From the NCBI GenBank assembly GCA_964035545.1, contig OZ037767.1, positions 28,350,628 to 28,414,627 of the forward strand: a DNA stretch of 64,000 bases, written 5' to 3'. The DNA is from Bugula neritina (lineage: Eukaryota; Animalia; Bryozoa). The stretch's first letter is position 1. Each line of letters starts with the position of its first letter. Positions 13,437 to 29,600 of the stretch are shown in pieces. The notes beneath the pieces were generated by a model. The model had not been told where the DNA came from. It searched no databases and saw nothing but the letters and a program-made list of their open reading frames with translations. Both the position numbers and the translations under genes were made by a program.

Positions 13437-16400
13437 TCTTAAAATTTTTATAGCTCAGAATTCCCTAAATTATGCAGAAGAAGTACAATTTTAAAGATGG
13501 CTTGTGTTCTATTTGGTTTTTTTCAAACCTAAATTTCTCATTCTTTCGTATAAAAAACTTGTTATTTTGTGGTTCCAAATGCCTAGTGGTTTCTTAAAAC
13601 TCAGATCTTGAAATAAAATATTAATTAAAACTTTTTGAGCAGTAAAGCAGTTACTGTTTGAACTTTTGCCCTAGGGTCTGTAGCAGTAGCAATTGATAAT
13701 CAATGTAGCAATTCATTCTGACAAGCCTTTGCGAGTAATTTTTGATAATTAAGTTCATGATTAATTTTAAACACAATACATAGGCCATATCTGGGCACAA
13801 CCCGAATAATGATGAGATATTCCATTATGTAAATTAATGTAAAATTTACATAGATCAGGTATTGGGCTAGCTACACAATATGTAAAAGTACTTAATCATC
13901 CATTCATACTAATATTAAAAATTTGTGTTATGAATTCATAAAGTGTTTAATAACAGAACAGCATATGTAGCACCTATAAGCAGCTATTCCAAAAATCTAG
14001 CTATGCGCATTTTGTTCTTTGTAGTTTTAAAGTAATTTTTAGTTTGCTTTTTATGGATGGGCAAGGCAGAGTAAGGTCTCAAATCTATACACACTCTTTT
14101 TACATCTTGACGGAAGGCAAACCTGCTACTTGAATGAGTCACATTCTTTTGCGTTTGATGTCATTCTAGCAGTTTTTGCGTCTCAGTTTTTCGATTGGAA
14201 AAATTCTTTTAAAGCTTTCGGCAATGACTATTCACTAATTTTCTAGAGTTGAGCATCTCATTACTTAGTTTAGAGTTAATAAATCTAAGAGATTAGCAGT
14301 TATAGCTGCTTCCACGTGACATAATCCTAAAGCTTCTGAAAGTAAACATTGATATGTTATATAAGAACTGTCACGTCCCTGGTAATTAGTTGAACTAGAG
14401 AAACTATTTGAACGATTTCTAGTCAAGTAACAAATGCTCCATAATTTAAATACTTCAAGCTGTAAACCACTGGACCTTATGTAATATCTTTGTTTTCACA
14501 CTAATGTTCTATGATTGACATAATAATCTAGGATTACTCAACTCTCTTCCAGTCATTAACATTTATACTATCACATACTTAGAGTTTTTTAAATTGACAC
14601 TTTTGGCATTTGGTGTTGGCATTGCAGACTTTAGCTAATATTTGTGTTGAACTAAGCTCAGTTGGGAGGCGCAAGGTTAAATCAAGGAGATTTGTTGGAT
14701 TAGCACAAGCATCTTATTTAAATGGTAATGCTCTTTGACCACAACTTGGATCCTTTTCTACCCACATTATAGAATTATCATGCTTAAACATAGTCTAGTG
14801 AACAACTAAGCAACGGAGCTGACTTGGTTCAAGTCACAGGCTTAAGCTTCATAACTCAACTACTTGAAATGTCTTAACTTATTTGACTTGACTTTCATTC
14901 AACTGCATGGACTTGAACATTTTAACTAACTTACAGCAATTGCCTCTGTAAATTTGGGCAAGCCAAAATCTGAAATTAATGGCTTTACATTTATAACCAG
15001 TGTTGATCAATTTAGTAAATTTAAAGTTCAAACATATTATTTTAATCAAAAAATTTAAAGTAGATTAAACATTTGACCATAATTAAGATTATTTCATACC
15101 TTTAGTGAGAGTACTGGGCTTCACATAGTTACATCAGTTCATTAATCATGTGGAATAAATATACATGTTTGAAATTAAACTTATCGCTCTTTATTATACA
15201 TAAGTCAATTTAGACTGCTAAGTGCACGTAGTTCCTTACCAAATTGTATAAAATGCAACACTGCAACTTTGAAATTTTTTTAAAAACTTGCAAGTCTATA
15301 TGAATTTAATCAAACTAACTTACTTTGTAGATTGATCTGATTTAAACAGTTTTGTCTTAGCTAGGACTTGAGATGACTTGTAGCTTGACTTGTTATGACT
15401 TAATGTGACTCTATACCATCAGTATGGTAGTTTTGAAAACAGCCATACTTTCCACATTTCCCACTAATATACAGTTTATAGCATTAACAAGTTATTCTGC
15501 AGAGAAGACCTAAGGCTAATGTTTACTTCAAAGTAAGAAACAGATAAAATAAATCTCCTTTGACCATTGCAAGTGATGACTAAAAAAAAAGATACTAAAA
15601 CTAAGACCCAATCACCATAAATAATTAATGCTGATTAATAAATGTACAGCCCTAGCTAATCTGTAAGTGAAATTACTGATGCTAATATGACTTGTATAGT
15701 CTTGTTTGCAGTAATTGCCACACTCTTTAGCAAAGTAGGTTGCATTACATAGTTCAAGCAGGTGCGGCTTTTAAAATGCATATTTTTACTGTTTGGTCTT
15801 GCTCTGCATAGATTGATCTATGGGCAGTAGAAGAGCAAATCAAAAAGCACAGGTGCTTGATTTATTTCTGCAGCATAAAACAAATTTAATCTTTTAGAAT
15901 ACTTATAGGAACGTGGGATTTAATCATGTATCATTTTAAAGATAATAAAAGCAATAATACCAATTTGTATAAGCTGTATTTAATTTAAGCACATGTTGTA
16001 AACTGGTTATCTTGAATAACAAACATAAGCTTGTAAGATTTTAGATATTGTTAAATTAACGGAACCCACTCTCACTTAGGTTTGCATAATGTTTGTGTTT
16101 AACAAGGAGCACCAACTTTGCTTTTAGTATATTTTTTAAAGAAAATTAAGCATTCAACTAACATTACGCTGATTGAAAATTAATTCTAGTGCATTAGCCC
16201 AAAACCCACACACAAATAACATAAACATAGTTTGAAAATGAATTATATATAGTAATATGCGATAATATTTTTTGAATTAAAAAGTATTTAATAAGCATTA
16301 ACAAGCATTTAATAAGCTAGCGCTTGCTTCACCGTAGTAGCATGAATACGCAACTAGTATTGTCACTAGGCTGAAATGAAATTATGTAAATGCATTAATT

Positions 16401-16830
16401 GGGAGAGTGTACACACTCAATTATTGTATGAGTTACACCCATGCAATGTACCCCACCACTCATGCCAAGATATGCTTGTAGCCCATTATTATGTGTCCAG
16501 ATAAACCCATAAAGGGTTTCAGTTTTAAATAAAATTACATATTCTAAGTTAATGGCTATTTTAGTATTTTAGATACTTCTCCCTGTTGCTATGGGAACCG
16601 TTATTGAGTTGATAGGTGAAAACACAAATAGCGTACAGCGTGCCAGGGATCCATTAAATATAAATTCATTTTTTTATAATTAAAATATGTATAAAATGCA
16701 CACAAAATAGCCTTGTTAAGGATGAAAGTGTTATTGAGAGCATTGTTACTGGCAGATTCTTTAATTTCAGTGCCACGAGGATACACCTAATAACACCTAT
16801 TTACCAAGTATGCAATTACTACATTTTAGT

Positions 16831-17245
<415 letters not shown>

Positions 17246-18569
17246 GAAAGAGTGGGAGGGTGGATGAAATTAAAATATAACTTATTTTTTTCTCATTTTA
17301 ATTTTTAAATTTATAAAATAGTTACATGATTTTGTTTCCAACAGAGCCCAAAATATCAAAACTTTATGAGACAAGGTTAGCTTTATCTTTTAGTTAACCC
17401 ATGCAGATGTAAACAGGCTTTCACCGCCTAGCAGCAATGCGGCCGTATGGTGAGGGTTTGCTCCTTATTATTTAAAGGACAGTTACACAATCAGTGTGAC
17501 CAATGAGGTTTGTTTGGCATGCTATCAATTAACAATTTCAACTTTAATTATCGAATTCTCACTCCAAGTTACTTATTAATTTTATGAAGTGGTCTCTAAG
17601 CACTAAATAATTGAAAACTTTGGTCACAAAATAAATTTTGAATATTGAAGTTTTTTTATTTTGTTATTCTAGCAATGTAAATTGTTTTTCTATTAATACT
17701 AACTTAAAATTACATACAAATATGCAATTTTTTGTTTTTTGACTGTTTGGGCAGTAAATTATTTATGAAAACACTGACATTATTCAAAAATTTTGGCACA
17801 ACACGTTAAACCGTCAAGAAGTTGCTTTTTCCAATTATTTCTGTGGAGAAAGCCACAAGGCAAATTGGCATTCAACGGCTAAGGATGTGATAAATGATGT
17901 ACTGTTAAATATTTGTAGGTTAAAGGCTTCTACCCAGATGCAGTAACTTTACCAAAATATTTGCTAGCTTGCCATAGCAAATGGCTTAGAACCAATGGTA
18001 TTTAAACTTTCATTGACATACAACGCCTGTGCGACAAAAAGCTCTTTTTATTGTCTGTAGGCCAAAATTTCTACAAATATTCAAGCTTTTTCTTGTTTTT
18101 AAAGCATGCTGCATGATATCTTTCAAAAATATAAATAGTTAATAGCGTTTTTATATTTGTTGGATTTTTTCCTTATTTCTCTAAACAGCATCAGCACAAG
18201 TAAAAACAATAGTGATGGATGAGCCAGATGGGAACTGTATTTAAATGTGTCTTTTCAGATTATTATATGTACTTTGGTCTTTGCAGCAACTGTGACACCC
18301 TCTTGTATCTTTCTTACAATATAGCATAGTTTCTGCAAGCAAACTTAGCTTAAGTTCCTTATAGTCTAGCAATTCTACAAACAGCCAATACATCAAACAA
18401 TTGTTGAAATGAGATCGATTTTAAGAATTGTGAAATTCGCACACGGCTGTTTTAAAAGACTTATGGCCATGTTTCTCAGATGCTGTTAATGTTGAATTTA
18501 TATTATTATTAATCTATTTATCCTAACAAATTAAAAAGGATTAACAATAAGGTCATAAACACTTGGTCT

Positions 18570-19255
<686 letters not shown>

Positions 19256-20129
19256 AGGGGAGTTTATACAGACTCTTGAAGACTGTATTTATACATTCAT
19301 TCTAAGCCGAGAGTCCCATACTGGCACATCTATACTCTCCGTCTGAAACCAAAGTAAAGGTTTTTGCAGCTTATCTTTTTAGCATGCGTGTCGAAAATTA
19401 CTAAACTTTTTGCTTTTCCAATGGCATGCCAAAGTGTTGAAATTCTCAGCTGACAACTGCATTATAGCAAAAAGTTGGCTGTAACTCCATTGGAGTTAGA
19501 AAGTGAAACGTACCTCATGAATAGAATTTATCTGAACCAAAGGGCTTCCTCACACATTGCTAAGTTTTCTAAACTTTATTCTGCAGTTTATTTAGATTTT
19601 ATCTTAAAACAATTTTTAATGTTATTTAACTAAAATAGGTACCCATTAAGTTTATTGCAAGTAGTTATAGAGTAATCATAAAATAGAAGATAATGCAATG
19701 TGAATTATGAAGTACTATAGAGTGAACATAAAATAAAATTTTAGTTGCTGGAGTGCTTGGTTGCCATATTGTGAAAACATTACCCTAAACTTCTTTGCTA
19801 ACTCCAACCTGATACTATAGCATCAAACAACGAAAAGTTAAATTTGGTACTTAATTCTATTAGATCACCTGTCTGGACAACTGTAACTGAGGCTAAGTAT
19901 AATGCTGTGCCGTCGCACTTGTCATATCACACACCTACTTCTGAGCTGCTAGCTGATTTATTACGTTACCACGGTTACCAAGAATTAATTTATTATAATT
20001 ATCCATCTATCAAAATGCAGCCTCACCCAACTAGGAGAGGTTATAATTTCTTGACGGCTCACTCGGCAGTCATTTCTTGACGAGCTGTTGCTAGCGAAGT
20101 GTTACCAAGTTACTCACTCTTCAGCAAGG

Positions 20130-23100
20130 ATGACGGCACCTGTAATAGTTCACCACCAGCACCTAATACCTGTACAGATTGGTGCTCCAATATTACCTGT
20201 TGGAGCTATGCCTTCACCTCACACTCTAGTTTCTCCGATATACTCTCAAAACACAATACCATCACCGACAGCGACTTTCTGCCCTCCCATGTATCGTCCT
20301 CATCCGAACCAATCAACATTGTCCTGCTACAATAGTATGCTCATCAATTACAGGTAAGCCACAGTCTGTAAAACAGCATAATAGCATAACAGAAGCTTGG
20401 CTTCGTTTTACTTCTTCTGCTTAATAAAGTAGTAGCTTTAGTTTTTTATCACTGTTTAGATTAACTACGTTTAGCTAAGAGTTTAGAGATAGTTTTATAC
20501 AAGAGTAAATTACTGTCTAAAAACATGTTTCAAGTAAGTTGCTGCAAAAACTGAAAGTTATCTGTGATACTCTCAGTTTTTCAAATAGTAGAGAAAGTAT
20601 TGTTGAGAAAGTGTCTTAATTTTTATACAATTTTACTTTGTTGAAATTATTGTCAGCATGTGTTTCTGTAAACAAACAAGCAAAATAGAAACCTTCAATT
20701 GTTATTTTGTATTGGTTTAAATAGTTTGCACCATTAGCAGAACTATAGGTACATAAAAGTATTTTAATAATATAATAATAATTCAAGTATTTAATTAGAT
20801 TTTTGATAAGCTTTTTTATATAGTTCAATAAGCTACTAAATTAATCAAAGATTCACTCAGATAATGAATGAGCAAACTAATTGTATATGCATTTAATATA
20901 AACTAATAGCTTTACATGGTAAGGCATTTCACTTCTAACATAACACTAATTTCAGAAACTCAATTTCTAAAACACATTCCTTTTTTCTACATAAAATTAT
21001 TTAATTCCGCTTATTTTGTAATATCTAACTATTCACATTCCTTAATATTAAAGTAGTTAACGTCAGACAGTTTAAAGTCATTCAAAATTTAATGAGTTGA
21101 ATGACTCAGTGTTTCAGTTGTGAGAATCTTGTCAAAATGAATCACTTATCTCGTCAAAGCTGCTACCGTTTCTTAGCTCACGCTTTAACTGTCTTGATTG
21201 ATAGCTTGTCAGTGGCATGTATCAATACGTCTTCTTAGCTTCTAATCTTATGCAAATCACTCCATCTTCAAGTGTCTTCTTCAGTTTTTCATGGAAAAAA
21301 TGTTTTAGGAAACATAAAATATGTCTCTTGTTATTTAGTTTAGCAACAAGAAATACTTGGTTGGAGTTTAGTTTAGTTTCATAACCTTTTTCGAAATTTT
21401 GCTCAGTGACCTATTAAGGTTAGTATTTTGTTACAAGAAATTTGTCAGGATAGTGTATTGAGCTGATTGTTTATTAAATCTTTGTTTTTAGTATGGAATT
21501 GGTGTGGCACGGAGAATTCAACAGATTATTTCAAAACTTTTTACCAAATAAATGGGTATTGAATCCAACATTTTCGTTGCCAAAGGGAAGAAAGTGGACT
21601 ATGTTTAAGGACAGTGCCAAAGTCAGATTTCTATGCCAGGTAAATGTTTTCTCAAAGCTTGTTTGAGACATCTTACTGTAACCGTTTAACAGAGTTTTCG
21701 TAGCCAACATCTATTTTATTATTGAAAACTTTCATATTAAAGTGATCAGTGCTAATGAACTTTTAATAGTTCTGTTTTTGGTATCTCTTCTATGAAGGGT
21801 TTAAAATTTAAATAACATACTTTATTAAGAAAATGTAAAACTTTAAGAACATTAGGATATAATTGACACTTTTTGAATAAACAATAACTCTTACAATAAA
21901 ACTAAAAGATATAGGTTTATGGTGCAGACCATTAAACATCTTTTGTTTTCCTTTAACCATAATATTACTAAGACAAAAATCTAAAAAGTCTAATATGGAA
22001 GTATACATATGGTAACAATGCTGACTTTAGTTGGAGGCTTAACCTGAAGAGAATGAAGATTGTTTTTTATTTTGAAGAACTAGTTATCTAGGTTCTTTAT
22101 CTTCTTTAGTTGAAAAAATTGTACTTTGAAGATTAGAGCAGAATAGTTTATGTGCCATTTATAATGTATTATTTATTATGATGGCAGTTTTTATCTCTAT
22201 ACATGACCAGGAGAATGATGTTCACCACTGACATCTACCTCTTAATTTATAAAGCCTGAAAATCTGCCACTCAAAGTAATAAATTATATCTGGTGTTATT
22301 AAAAGCCTTATGTCTATATTTCAAACTGTCTTAGTCTAAGTTTTGTGGGCTTACTTTAAATGGTAATGGCTACACTAAGTTCAGAATGATCATTTGCTAG
22401 GAGATTAATCTAGTCTGTTATTATCCTTTACAAATGCATATATTGTCAAAGAAATTAACATAATAAGTAGGTAAATGCCAAGCAGAAAAATTAACCACAT
22501 CCATACCTACTCCCTCTATACGTCATGAACACAACTAGTTCTTACTACTCATATAACATATATTGTATTTTTCTGCCACACTTTCTACACCTGCACTGCA
22601 GCTTCAACTTATTATTCATATTATTTGTCAGCCATTTTGAATATTAATAATCCTATAGCTCAAGAAAGTCAAAACACATTAGTCTAATCTTGTCTTATCA
22701 ATAGGTAACCAATCAATTATGCTAAATTCTTTAAAGAAATTTTCTAAGATAATTGTTGCCAACAGACAATACCCATGGTTACAGCACATCAGGCACTTGC
22801 TAGTGAGTGTCAACACAAAAAATGTTGGTTGGGTGACTGCCACAAATAGGTTCCATTGTCAGATATTTCACCAGATATAAACCTCTGTATGTTCAACAAA
22901 ACTCTCTAATTAACATTTAGCACTGACGTCTTTGCTGACTTCTACAGGAGTGCTCTCACGGCTGGACAAGTATGAAAGGAAGAGTTGTCTTCTGGTTTAC
23001 TTTCGATGAGCAGCGGAACTTAGGCTTAGTGTTGTTCAGACTATTTGGACAGCGCTGCCAAAACTGTTCACCAAAATCTTTCGAGCATGCTATGTGGTAC

Positions 23101-26100
23101 CCAGAAGAGGTTGTCAAGGTAGGCGGAGCAAAAACACTGCTGTCTGTGGCATTTGCAATATGATATATCAGTTTGACCATTGAATTACCATGTTGAATTA
23201 CCACTGTAGAGACTGTATGGCTCTTAAGCATTATTAGTAAAAAGGGCTATACTTTTGAGCGATATGTAGAAATAATAATTTATAATCTAACAATTATATT
23301 TCTAAAAGGAGATTAAGTAGCTATAAACTTTCAAAACATGCGAGGCTCAAGTAGAAGTCTGCTTCACCTCTATCTCAATTGAGTTTTAAACCTCATTAAA
23401 ATTTATATTAATTGTGTCATATGAAAATGCCATTGGGCAAGTTTACCACCCTCCCTTGCGCCCACTATGCCTACAAATCTATGAACAATAGGTTGCTAGA
23501 GGGAGGCTATTTTACAATAATCATCCAGCACTAACTGATAGACTAGCGTAGGGCGTGTGATTGAGTGATTTATTTGTAACAGCCAATCAATGTGATTTTA
23601 TGCAGTGTGCGCTAAAATAATGAATACATTATGCAAATTTATAAGCGTGGCAACTGCCAGCTACATGCAAGCTACAATTAGAATAAAAATGCCGCAAATA
23701 CCGAAATAGATTATATGCTCGGCTTGCCTTCCATTCGTAACCTGATTTTTTGCATCAGTTCACACCAAAGTAGCAGCTGCATGGCTCTCTGTCAGATTCA
23801 GCTTGCAGGGCAGTTGCATTCTTTCACCCAAGGTGTTACACTACCTTCAAATTGTTTTACATAATATGGGTATGGTTAATGGTGTTGACTTCAGGTTTAT
23901 AGTTTATATCTGAATATATACAAGTGGTAGTAATTCTAAATGGGGAGATAACTAATAGTTAAGGATGTTTGTATAAAGTTTGTTTTGAATTTATGTGTTA
24001 GCCCAACTAAGCATTGAATTGTTGCTCTGAAAAACTAGTAAAATATTTCAGATTTAGCAGCTTTTGGAAAATCTAAAATAGCAGTTACTCATCATTAGTT
24101 GAAATAGCAAATTTGTATGCCACATTCCAAAAAACCATAGTGTTCTTATGAAGCCAGCTAAACTTGCACAGAAGTTAAAAAAGCTTAGGCCGTTTATTTT
24201 CTAGCCTAACAACATATGTTTAGTTTTAAAAAATCCTGGTCATAAAGTTCATATTCTAGCTAACTGCTTTTTGCATGACTACAAGTAATAAAAGTCAAAA
24301 TAATCATGGATATCTAGAAAATATCAATGTACTGCATGCAGCTCCAAATCCATTACTTACGATAATTCTTAAGATTATAGATTTCCTAAAACTAAGTGCA
24401 GCTTGTTACTAAAATGCAGATACTATCAGATGCGGAGTTGGTATTGTTTCATTTGCCGAAAAATTTAGTAATTGATATCTCCATCATGTATCATTATGCA
24501 GCGCTGCAACGGCTGCATTACCTATCATTAGAAATGCTTCTATTAAAAGAGGGTGTTTTTGCACCAGTTATAGAAACTTGAAAGGTGGTGGAAAAACAAA
24601 ACACTGGTCCAGCCCGTCTTATCAATTCATATATTCAGACTTTCAGCATAATTCAATGAGAATCAATGCAGTGGAAACTGATTTTTATTCAAATTTCAGA
24701 GACCATCCCCTGCAGATGTTGATAATGTTACTTTCAATACTTACATTCCTTATAAAACTTAACATAATTTAAATCACTCAGGAGTAGCATGTACACCACC
24801 TTCTTCACTGACTGCAAGTATTGTACTTCTGTATGCGATTATAATAATTATTCTACCTGCGCTCAACCTCCACCCTAACCTTCTGTTTTAGGTAGTGGGA
24901 AATATTTTCAATCGGATAGGACAGGAATTTTACGGATTTTACAGTCCTCCCGTGAGGATAGACAGAAGAGCTGGCAAACCAAGGTCTCAGCACAACGCAA
25001 CTCTGTGTCAGGCTTGTGCAGAAGGTATGTTGAAGCCTGACCACCTCACGTTCATAGATTTGCAGTAGAATCATCATTTTTTGCGAGAGATTTCGAATGC
25101 TTATAGGAGTGGCTAAGCACCACCCTCCCCTTAATTGCTTTTTGTAGTCACTCAAGCTATTTTTCTAAATACCTGTGAATTATAATATTAAAATAGTTAT
25201 GGCTATTTTTATTACTTAAGCATTTGAGACAGAATGATAAATGAAGTGAAATTCGCTTTCATATTCAACGTGGAAGTTACAAACACTCCATAAATTGCTC
25301 CAGTTCTCCGTTATAATACTATAATTAGCCAATTACTTTGTTTCCATGCTAACCGAGATTGTTTGAAAAAATGTGTAAATAATAATTGTATTATATACAT
25401 ATATTTTTACTAAAACTATCTTTTATTGCAATGTATGCATTTACCTCTAACAGAGACTTCATCAGTCAGTGCAAAGGATTTGAAAAAAGATTTAAAGATG
25501 CATCAAGTGATCTGAAAGCCTAGATTTATTACATAGAGCATGTAATAATAATTAAAACGAGTATTGAGTGCAAGTTTTAATAGGGAAAATAATTAATAGA
25601 CAGCTGTACGAATTAAACACAAACTTGAATCTTTTAAATCTATAATGAAACTCTTGCCCAAGTGTCAAGTTTGAACTCTACTTGGCATTGTGCTTGTGTT
25701 CTTTCTATCAGGTGACATGAGAGATGGTTTTTCAGCTAATATTTGACAGTTTTTGCTTAAATTCAAAAGGTAGCAAACACAAAGAATGTGTGTGACAATG
25801 CCGTAACAAGTACACGCTTGTATGCAGCAAAAACACATTCACACCATTGGCTCAAACATGAAAAATAATATTAATGATTGAATCAGCAATAAAAAGTGTT
25901 CTCCTGTTTTTTATAACGCTGCCACCATGGCGATGAAAAGAGGTGCCAGGTGGGAAGGTTGACCTAGAACATTTCTGAATGTTAATTTCAGACTGCCACC
26001 CGCTATTGCATAACATTTCAGACAGGCTTATAGAATTAATTATAATTTATAGATTATAGGCCAACCCAAAATAATAGCTGCATGTACTTGGAAGTTTTTT

Positions 26101-26677
26101 CTCATTCCACAAGTTTTATAAGCTAAGCTTAGATGGGGCTTTAAAAGGTTAGAATGTGTGCTACAGCTTTAACTTTAGTTCTTGACATCTCATGTAGGAT
26201 CTGGTTTAGGAATTTGTTTAAAACACTTCACTTGTATCGAAAGCATTTTCAGAAGTGTCGAATGTTTAAATACAGTTTTATTAAAGAAGAGAAGTTAGAG
26301 CCTTTAACGGTATAGTTTATTTACATTTTTCTATATTGTTTACATGTTTATTTATTACAGGAATATGCCCGGGAGAATTTGATGCGTCAGTGGAGACTTT
26401 TGGTCTATACAGGAAATCCTCGAGGAGAATGTCATCATCTACGGGACGGTCACACTCCGGCTCTGTCTCCTCCCAATATAGCCCAGACATCAGCTCACTT
26501 AACTCTATAGCATCTACTTCTGATGACGGAGCAGCCTCTGACATCATATCCGAAATTGGATTTGATGAGGCAGGCTTAGACACAGCTTCTGAGGCCGATA
26601 TTACTGAAGATGTAGCCGAGCAAACAACTCCAAAGTTAGACACTGCGATTACGGAAAATGATGACAGTCCAAAATAG
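20130..26677 (+). CDS. zf-3CxxC domain protein, receptor-transporting protein (RTP)-like, 330 aa
   Basis: Exons 20130-20353, 21492-21639, 22948-23118, 24892-25024, 26361-26677, all GT-AG, total 993 nt in frame. Translation contains W..F, KVRFLCQECSHGWTS, LFGQRCQNC and QHNATLCQACAEGIC, the hallmark CxxC..W(T/S)S, GQxCxxC and HxxxxCxxCxxGxC pattern of the 3CxxC zinc finger. The start exon is less certain than the domain exons. Confidence 0.9.
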
Positions 26678-29600
26678 TTTTGTTTAATCAAACGTATTGG
26701 ATTTTCTGGATTTCGACTTATTGCGTACTGTACCGGGCAAACTTTCTTTTTATTAATAAGAGCTAGCAACTGTCTTTCAACAATGACCACTTTTTCATTA
26801 AGAGTAATGAGAAAATTTTATCTCGAATATGGTGACACACGTGTGAGAATTATATTACAATCAGAGGAGGTTATATATTTTAATATCGCGATATTTAGTT
26901 TGTTTATGCTGGTCAGTTTGAAGGCAGATAATTTTATCTGGTGGATTATTGAAATCTCAAGTTAAAGAGCTTTATGGCCGTGGATTATTGTCTAACTAGG
27001 TATATAATCCCTGAATAATATGCTGTTTTTTGCACTTAAAACTGGTTTACGAAGTAACAATGTTGTCCTATAAGCTATTTAGCTGCAATATAATTATTCC
27101 TTATTATAGTATCACGTGACTTGTCACATGTGCTGTAGAACGTACATCTCCGCATCCTTTTTCTTTTATTTTATTTATGCTTTGTGCAGTTTTGTATCAT
27201 ATTTAATTTACTACTTTTTTTAGCTTAAACATCGTAGGCATCCAGGTTATTTTGATAAAATCAATTACTGTTAATTAAAAGATCATACTTTTTTAGTTGC
27301 ATTCACAAAATATATACAAAAAATCTCAACTCAATATACCAGAAAAAATGAATTAAAATATATGTGTTAATAGCACTGAGATTGACGTGACCGTGGCACA
27401 TGAAAAATCTGAAAGAAGAGTTGTCTTCTACTTTTCTCTATTAATATATAGAGCTTGTCGTGAAAATGAAGATTTTTTAAAAAAAATATTGTGATCCTCT
27501 GGTAACTTCCTGAATTTAGAAAATTAACTCATATATTTCTTTTCATATGGACAACAGCTCACTTTTTTTAAATTTATTTTGAAGCTCTTTTCGTAAAAAA
27601 TAATCAAAAGTAAAAAATCCAAAATTTTTACAAATTGGTTCGGGGCTTGACGTGAAAGGCATTTGGACGAAGATGTCAAGGTCACCATTAATAAATTTAT
27701 TTTATCACAATTCACAATACTGCACAGAAAGTTAATGAAGTGGGCTGAAAATTAGGTTGCTAGCATATTCATATTGATATGCATTATATTGATTGTTACA
27801 GTATTATTTTTCAAATGTGTTTTGTTATCAGTTATGTTTAACTTCTTTATAGAGCTGCTGTTAGACTAAGAGTAAGACATAATATTAGCAACAATGAATG
27901 ATTCAATGATAATCATAATATTAATAATTAATATCACTTTAATATTAAATTAAAATTATTATTAAATTGAAATTCACGGTGACGTATCACTATCACTATG
28001 AGTATGAGTATCGTACAAATTAATTATGAGTATGAGTATCACTATGACATTAACTCAATCAGTCATTGACTATTACTATGAATGACTGTGCATAACTCAA
28101 TGAGAATATCAATATGAATATGGCTTCTAATTCTTGTAACTTTTGACTATCACTATGATGATGCTGATAGTGATAATCACTGCCAGCCCAAGTCTCATAC
28201 TCATAGTGATACTATTACTATTGTCTATTACTATTAGTATTAATAACTAGTATTACTATTAGTACAACTACTAGTACTGTACTAGTATTACTCATAGTTC
28301 TGATAATGATGGAGATAATAGTTTTAAAAGTTCTACTTCTACTTTTATAGTAACTGTGAGCTAGATTGTATATGTTGAACTCTACTCATTTTTTACTACT
28401 AATGCTAATACTAATAGTAATAGTAATACTAATAATAATTATAGTTGTTATAATGATAGTAATACTAATAGTAATAATAACTATTTCAATTTGATAATTT
28501 ATGTTTTACAACAGCATTATCGCTTATCAATTACATTGGTTCATAATATGATTATTTTAATTTTGCTTTGTGTGTTTTTTCATGTTGTAAATTTAAGTTC
28601 GTATGGTTATTTAATGAACTAGAGAACTAGCCAAATGTTATGTACCGATTGCAATGATTTACTATAAACTCAGTGAAATTTAAAACCTAATTGATATTAC
28701 TATGACATTGATTGTACAGAGGTAGCTAAAATATACATTAAATTACCAATAATTTTAACTCGCCAATACACTATGAGTAGAACAGTCAAATGCAATGATA
28801 GAAAATTAATTAGTCATAGCAGCCCGTTGCTTGAGGAACATTGAGCTACAGGTCTAAAATGATTTAGTTTTGTGATCCCTTATATAACAAAATAATTTTT
28901 TTTAAACTGGTTTAATACTTTTATTATAAACACGCTTATCAAAGTAACATGTTTTTGATGTATATTCTATTAAAAAAGCAATCACATCAGGTTTTCAATT
29001 TGTATGTTGTACAAAGTTTATTATGGTGACAAGTTACTAAATTATATGGTTCAGCTTTGTAAAGTAAAGCTGATGAAATAAATACAATTATGTGATTGTT
29101 TTACTGCTATATATTAAATTTAAATGAGTTGAATAATATCCTAGTGCATTGAATTAGATATTTTTTTTAGCTTTGGTACACCTGTTTGTTATAGGCTAAC
29201 ATTCCACCAATAGAAGAATGGTGCAAGTAGAAGACATTTCAGGTGCAGAAAGCTAAGGAGCAGTCAGAATGCTGCCAGAGTTGTGAAGAGGCACTTGAAA
29301 AAGCTGAATTTCAATAATGACATGAAATTCGTAACAGATCACCCTGGTGTAATTGAACTGACATGGCCAGCAGAGTTCTCGAAGTCACTTACAACAGCTA
29401 TTTACATCATCATGGTTAGCTTAAATGTAATTCCTATATCAGTCTCTAATATATAGTTTGATATCTGCTGTAAATTCGCTTAAGGAGCATACACATAACC
29501 AAAACTGAGTTACACTATAGTATTTGTTCTTGAATATATTTACCAAGATAAGTAGATTTGCTAATTCATTAACAGTAAAATTATAATGATACAACAATTT

